A DNA stretch of 64,000 nucleotides from Chrysomallon squamiferum (lineage: Eukaryota > Animalia > Mollusca). Location: assembly GCA_012295275.1 (NCBI GenBank), contig CM022667.1:15128001-15192000 (forward strand). Reading direction: 5' to 3'. This document shows, in pieces, positions 56,583 to 64,000 of the stretch. Position 1 is the stretch's first letter, and every line of letters starts with the position of its first letter. The translations under genes were made by a program, and so were the position numbers. The notes beneath the pieces were generated by a model that was not told where the DNA came from, searched no databases, and saw nothing but the letters and a program-made list of their open reading frames with translations.

Positions 56583-57504
56583 CCTCCAAGAACGATCCGA
56601 ATTTCAAATTTAGGGCTTCCTGTTTATTCGTTTAATTTCGTCGATTGTTACGTAAATTGCCGATTCCAGCCAGAAACATCCGAGTTGGTTCTCTCCCCTG
56701 CTGCTATTTACCCATTTATTCCCAGCGTTCGTTTTAAACCAGATAGGTCGACGTCATTAATCTCACATATAACACTGTACTGTTAATTCAGTGTCTGAAA
56801 CTGACAAGATGTAAGGGATTATATTGCTTTTAGTTCTGAATAACCCATTGTAATGCTCTGTAATTATATATGGAATATTATATATTCTTCAGAGGCTAGT
56901 ATTATACAGGAGATTTTTTTTTTTTAACTAGACATATCAATACTGTAGAACAAGTCGAAAACAAACAACTACTTAGTTTCAGTAGTATGAAGATGGATGT
57001 AAAGACAGAGAGAAAGACAAATAGCCAGATATACAAACACGCATTTATGCGTGTGCGTGTCTATGTATATATTTCTGTATGTATGTAAGAGAGAGGGGAG
57101 AGTATATAAAATAAAACAACATTATATTTATTAAAAAAAAATTACACAGAAAACGAACACACGTCAATAAACCAGTTTCACAATTTATGTCGATTTTATT
57201 GGGCAATATAATGCTATATTACGTTATATTACGGACACTTTGCGAAAAAAAAAACACAAATCGAAAGTGCAATATTAGGCTTCATGCTAGGACAATAAAG
57301 AAGCGTAAAGTACCAATAACAAACGTCATAAAGAGACGTGATGAATGGAACAATAATAGTAAATGTGATTTCATGAATGGAAATTCTGTGTACAGTGAAT
57401 TTAATAAGAAAATATTAACAGAGAACAAACAAAAAAAGAAAAGATGTTAAATTATGTTCCTTCTTCGTCGTCATATTTATTTATTTATTTAGTTATTTAT
57501 TTAT

Positions 57505-57539
<35 letters not shown>

Positions 57540-59733
57540 TTTTAATATTGGGTTAAATGTTAAATATTTGTTAAAAATAAAAGAATGAGATAATGACAAC
57601 AGAAATAATAACAACTATTATAACAAAAGCAACAATTACAATTACAAAAATAACAGATTTTGAAGGAGCAGTGACTTTTATTTTAGTAGCCATAGTAGTA
57701 ATATCAATGGTATATATTACTCACTCGCGCGCGCACACATACAAACATGTGAGTGCATACATACATACATACAAACAAACATACATACTTTACATATATC
57801 ATTTATATAAATATATCAAGTAGAAAAGAAAAAGAAAGAAAAGAAATAATACTAAGAAGATAGATACACAGACATATACATTCTTTCTAGTTTTTATATT
57901 TTCTTTAATTCTTTTATTCTTGCTTCTTTCGTTCCTTTTTCTTTCATTTTCCTATCTCCTTAGTATTATTTCTTTTCTTTCTATTTCTTTTCTGCTTGTC
58001 GATGGATCTATAAAATTACAGATCACACTTGCTCCTGTTTGATGTTTTTTTTTTTTTAAAACATTTCCGATTTTAATTACGATAATTCTTTAGTCCATTA
58101 AACATATAGCGGCCTTTAATTACCTACTTTCTCTCTCTTCTATTACCGCTGAAAAAGTATGTCCGCCTGACTATCTGTTTGTATGTCCAGCATCATCATT
58201 ACTTTCTCTTATTTGACATTTCGTCTTTAATTATATTTCGTCTTCCCTATTAACTATTTTCGGCCATTGCCTTATAATTATAACACACAATTTTTTTTTA
58301 TTTTTTTTTTTTTTTTATTTCAACAGTCGATAAGTTTGAAATTAAGATCGCCTGGCTGTGTCAGACGTAATTTCATTAAGCAGGAACAAAACAGAAGTCT
58401 GGAGAGCGTAAATAAACTACTGGCAGTATTTTACATGGAGCACGTCAGACGCAAGGGATAAAAGGGGAAGAAGCTGACAAAAAAAAAAAAAAAAAAAAAT
58501 AAAAGAAAGAGAGAGAAAGAGAGTAAAGAGTGACATCATCAAGAGCACGTAAATTAATCAATAAAGACGTTTCTCGATTTAGATCGCTAACGAAAATGAC
58601 CTTTCGCAGTGGAGAATCCGAGAAAAACGTATGGGGGTGCCGTCATTTGGGTGATGTAATTTTGAAGATGATATGAGATTCACGATACAGAATAAAAAGA
58701 AAGAAAGAAAGAAAGAAAGAATAGAAAATAGAAAACAGAAAAGAAGAAATGAATATTCGTTGACAAAACACTAATTTGTCAATCGATGAATATAATAATA
58801 ATAATAATAATAACAACAACAACAACAACAACAACAGCAACAAAATAATAATAAAATTTTTATAGCAAAAAACACAAATTTCTTAAATATCCCACCCGTT
58901 ATCCATTTTTTCATTTTTTTCTTCCCTTCATTTTACAGAAAAAAAAAGCAGACGTTCTGGGAGGTTTAAAAAGTAGAACATTTCCTAATTTTTGTTTAAG
59001 CATCTATTAATAACACATATTTCATAAATACCGCAACACAAAACCTACTCACCCATTCCTATAATATTACGGAGTGCTTCTTAATGACCGTAACCAGAAA
59101 GTACGTAAACGGAGAAGCCGGAATGTAATCGTATAGACACAGTATTAGCCAAGTCCGAAATGTAAACCACGAATATAAATACAATTAAAAAGTCCGCACT
59201 GAATCCGCAGAGCGGAATGCTATTTTAAAAGACTACTCAGACAGGTCTATCAGAAATCGATAGAGAAGAACCCAGAAACGGGCTGAAAAAAAAAGATTAA
59301 ATAACGACATATTTTTCTTATTTTTAAAAATTTTATACCTAATATTGTCTACAGTTGGAGTCCAGTTAAAAAAATTCAAACAACAGGAAAAGCGTTAAGT
59401 GATCGTTGATGAAGAAAATTGGGATTATTTGGTTCAAGTAGAATGTGGGAAGATAGCAGAGAGAAGGATGATTTCCAGCAATGCGTTTTTCCTGGTAATT
59501 TTCTTTTTTTTTTTTTCTGTGTGTGTGGCGGAAGTATGGGTTATTGTCTGTTCAGTTTTCTTTTCTCTGTCTGCGTTTGACACGAACTTTTTTTTCCATT
59601 TTTTTTCATGCTTTTCTGTTTGATATGTCACACAGACACAGAACACACACGAAGACACACCACAGTTACATACAAACACTGAGTATCTGAGTATTCATCT
59701 ATCTGTCTCTCTGTCTGTCTATCTATCTATGTC

Positions 59734-59766
<33 letters not shown>

Positions 59767-59823
59767 TATCTATCTAGCTATATATATGTCTATCTATCTA
59801 CGTCTCTTTTCTCTCTGTTTCAT

Positions 59824-59901
<78 letters not shown>

Positions 59902-60323
59902 TACACACGCGCGCACACACACACACACACACCTGGGTAAGTTTCATGTGTGTTATTCTCACCTTTTCTGAACGTCATTTATTCTCAGAATGTATTCCGT
60001 TTTATTTATTTGTTTATCATTTATTTTATGTTTCTTTCTTTCCTTTGATTTGCTTTCTGCTTCAAACACTGTTTGCAGCTAGTCTCTCTGTAAATCTTGG
60101 AATTTGTAAAATGTGAATTATTCATCTGGGTTGGCGAGATTTGCAAAAAAGTGATAAATCAAAACCAGTCATGCAAAAGAATTCTAATTGGATTCAAGCT
60201 TAATCTAACAGACTGTCGTTGAAACGCTGAAACTAGTTTGTTTTCCTGTGCAAAATTTCAAAGGCTGTATGTCTTTATCTGTATGTACGTATGTATGTGT
60301 GTATGTATGTATGTTTGTATGTA

Positions 60324-60359
<36 letters not shown>

Positions 60360-60483
60360 TGTTATGTATGTATGTATGTATGTATGTATGTATGTATGTA
60401 TGTATGTATGTTTGTATGTACACACAGAAACAAATATACGGTTTTAAGGAATTAATCTGTTTTCTTATACATATCTGGGTTAG

Positions 60484-60532
<49 letters not shown>

Positions 60533-61528
60533 ATAGAAAGAAACAGAAGATAGATAAATACACAGAGACAGAGATAAGGAAACAGAGGGACCTATTCGCG
60601 CACGCGAGTTTGTGTGCGTGTGTGCGTGTATGTTTGTGTCTCTCTATACAAGTACATTCTGAATTATTGAGCCGGTCATATTGTGACGAATGTAAGTCAC
60701 TCTACCAGGAGACTTTCCACAGTATTCATTAATACAGTCTCAGTATTCAGTGGTCGGACGCCGGAGCAGATTAACCCAAATACAAGTCACTGGTAACGTT
60801 TGGCGTTTCTTTGCTGTCTTTCTCGCTATTCTCATGTGATACTTGGTCAGTGCCTCGTCGTTGTCATGTCAACAAAAGTCGACTGGCACTTGAACTTTGC
60901 CTGCAGCTAAATATCAAAGTAAATTAGCGGTATGTTTGTAAAAAAAGAAAAGGTTCGCCGTGTATTATTTCTGCAATTAGGCCAAAAAAAATTGGTTTAT
61001 CATGGTAATTTGAAATGTGTTTATTGTGACAATTGTGTAGATCCTTCCACCCATCCATTCATCATGTTACCTGTATAACATACCTAGAGATATATTCAAA
61101 GATACCGATACAAACATACACATATACACATAAATCTACTCATGCATACAGGCACATATATTCATAAATACACACGCACACACAAACATACACATACATA
61201 TATAAATTCATTAAACTTGTTCTGATGTACAGAATGGAACGGGAAAATAAACCACCAACTAGGAAAACTGATCCTGCCACTGATGTGATATTGAGTTAGA
61301 GTGAAAAGCTAATGGCAAAGAGCAAAGATGTTCTGGAAATATCTACGCGTTCTTCCGTGCTATGAACCATTCGACCATAAAAAAACAAACTGTAGCCCGT
61401 AGTTTCTTTACACTGCAGCAATAAGGAATCGAAATTATATTTGCATTTGTGGTTTAAATGCAAATAAAGTCATAGATTTGTAGAGTGAAATATGGAACAT
61501 TTGTGCATTAGTACCAATCTCGATATTT

Positions 61529-61695
<167 letters not shown>

Positions 61696-62242
61696 TTAGG
61701 AACACTTTGTGAAAGGTACACACAAAAAAATTAGAAAATAATAAATAAATAAATAAATAAATAACAAACAAACAAACAAACAAACAAATAAAAGACAGGA
61801 AGAAGTAATGATAAAGAACAGACATCAAATTTATCACCAGCTGCATCAGATGTCATTCTACAACGACAACTAATTCCGAAACAAATGAATTCAATACATC
61901 AAATTAAACGACGGTTCGCTCTAAACAAACTCCCTTGCAGAGAAACACAATAAAAATCCTTTAGGGAAATTCCCTGGCATCACCTTCTCCGTATCCGTGA
62001 CTGATTTATCAACATGTTTAAGCCGAAATGCGCATCCTGATAAATCAAAATCGTGCCTCTGGGTCAAATTATGTAAATAATGAACTTCCAAATAATATCA
62101 CCTAATTCGAGTGGATTGTTATCTCGTCAAATCTCGCGAGATCCTCGCCACAATTCGTTTAGAAGCGTCTTAATGCTCCTCTTCAACTTTCGGAGAACTC
62201 TTTTAATTTGGGAGAGAGCAATAACGACACGTACTACCACTT

Positions 62243-62260
62243 TAGCGCCATCTAGTGGAC
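62243..62260 (-). promoter_or_regulatory. Consensus CTCF-binding motif
   Basis: Minus strand reads GTCCACTAGATGGCGCTA, matching the CCACYAGRKGGCGC core with no mismatch. Confidence 0.65.
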
Positions 62261-64000
62261 ACTTCGCGGGGAAAGGCGTCACCTAAATTTGGCTTAATTT
62301 GGCGCAATTCATTCAGTGTGCTGATTTAGAAAGGAAAAGAAACAAAATAAAGATGTGAATGAGAAACAGCAGACAGCAGTAAACTACATTAGCGTTATTT
62401 TTTTTTTTCCGTTTGATTAATTTCTTTAATTCTTTCTTTTTTTTTTTTTCTTTCTTTTCTTCTTTTGTTTATCTGTCTTTATAATCTGTCCATCTTCATA
62501 TCAAATCAGTGATTTTTGTATCTACGTTTTTTTAACAATTTTGTAAGTCTCTCTAAGTCTGTCCATTTGTCCCATGTATCTGTTTATCTGTCTCTGTGTT
62601 TGTATGTCTGTCTATCTGTCTCTGTTACTGAGTCGAATAGTCAATCTTCATTTATCGATTATTATTTTTACTTCATATTTTTTTTTAAATCCTAGTTCTT
62701 TTCCTTCTTTACTTTTATAATTCTTTTCTTTAACATAATATTTATCTGCCATTTCTTAATAACTGTCTTCTTTTTTATTTCTTTAGTTGTTTTTGTTTGT
62801 TTGTTTGTGTGGGTTTTTTTTTTTTTTTTTTTTTTCTGCATCACAGTCTTCATCTTTCAAATAAGTCAACACATTCTTAGGCGAGAAGATGTTTAATAAA
62901 GATATCAAAATTTAAATGAAAGTAGATGAAAGAGTAAAATGCTTTGGAAGATACAAAGCCTTCTTTAATTAAAGTAAGAATTAAAAAAAGAAAGAAAGAT
63001 AGTTAAAAAGAAACAGAAAATCAAATAACATGCACGAGCAAACGTTTCATCCGGATCAGCAGCTTTTTCTTCATTTATAGAACGTCACTGCAATTTCACT
63101 AAATTCAGCATCCCGTTGCATCAGTCGATTCTGATGTGTGGATAATTCTGGTGCCTTCCGACGTCAGCGACTACACAGACTTGACGAAATCTCCGTCTCA
63201 TAGTCAAATCAATCAAATTTTCTATCCTGGCAGGTTCATTTGTGGATGTTTGGATCATGCTGGCGCCTTGCATTATATATCGTAAAAAAAAAAAAAAAAA
63301 AAAAAAATCTTCTTACGATATGAAAAAAAAAAAATCTCTTAGCTGTTGTAATAGCTGTTGTTTTAGTAGTGATAGTAATAATAATAATTCTCTATGACGT
63401 CATAATCATGGGCGGCTTTAGTATAGTGTAAGGGCAGAGAGGATGGTATAGCCCTATTTTTACAATACCGATTTTCCCCTCCTTTTATTGAAATAGGTCA
63501 TTAAGAAGTCAGATGAATAATGTATTAAGCAATATACACTATAAAAATAACACCTGGATGAGAAACACTTTTTTATCGTTTGAACGTGTAACACACTACA
63601 AAATTTCCATTAACGTATGTAAAACGAAAAAGGAAAAAAATTATCAAGAAAAAGAGAGAGAGAAAAAAAAATGTATCGTTAACATTCAGTCTAAGACATG
63701 GTTTTCATTTACGTTTGGACTTTAACTGCATTGAGCACGTAAGATTGGAAAATTACATTAAAAGATTTATTTTCCAGCGTTTATCTTCTTATCTTGTTAA
63801 CTGAGAAAGTAATTAGATATGTAGTCGCGTTTTCCTTAAATAGCTAAATTTATTTTCTACAGTTACATCACACGAAATCAAAATGGTGATTACGTGTTTC
63901 GTCTGCTTCTTAATGCTTCCAGTCGTTCTTACATCCAGAAACGTCTTGGTTTCCGTTTGAGTGTGTGGTTGCTTGGTTCTTTTCTAATTCAGGTGATTTA

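Noticed and set aside
59930-59945. GG|GTAAGT donor-like site
   Set aside because: Preceded only by (CT)n(CA)n microsatellite; no plausible exon

Overview
Eukaryotic, very AT-rich and microsatellite-dense animal genomic DNA. The repeat types suggest a mollusc, possibly a gastropod, but this is inference only. The one firmly supported protein-coding gene is the 3' part of an SLC6 (sodium:neurotransmitter symporter family) transporter: six GT-AG exons on the + strand, 3266-6046. The first ~8 kb is strongly CpG-depleted, as expected for a methylated gene body. The other 56 kb is CpG-normal non-coding DNA. It contains a decayed, internally deleted FLYWCH-MULE transposase, a Tc1/mariner MITE, tRNA-derived SINE remnants, several local duplications and inversions, and regulatory-looking islands (8 full CRE palindromes and a consensus CTCF site). 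Splice and promoter signals suggest two unannotated transcription units. One is an antisense spliced RNA whose intron would span the SLC6 3' exons. The other is the 5' end of a + strand gene with two alternative promoters. There is also a near-full-length complement to miR-31/miR-72. Almost all ORFs in the supplied track are microsatellite artefacts. No prokaryotic-type systems (CRISPR, operons) are seen.
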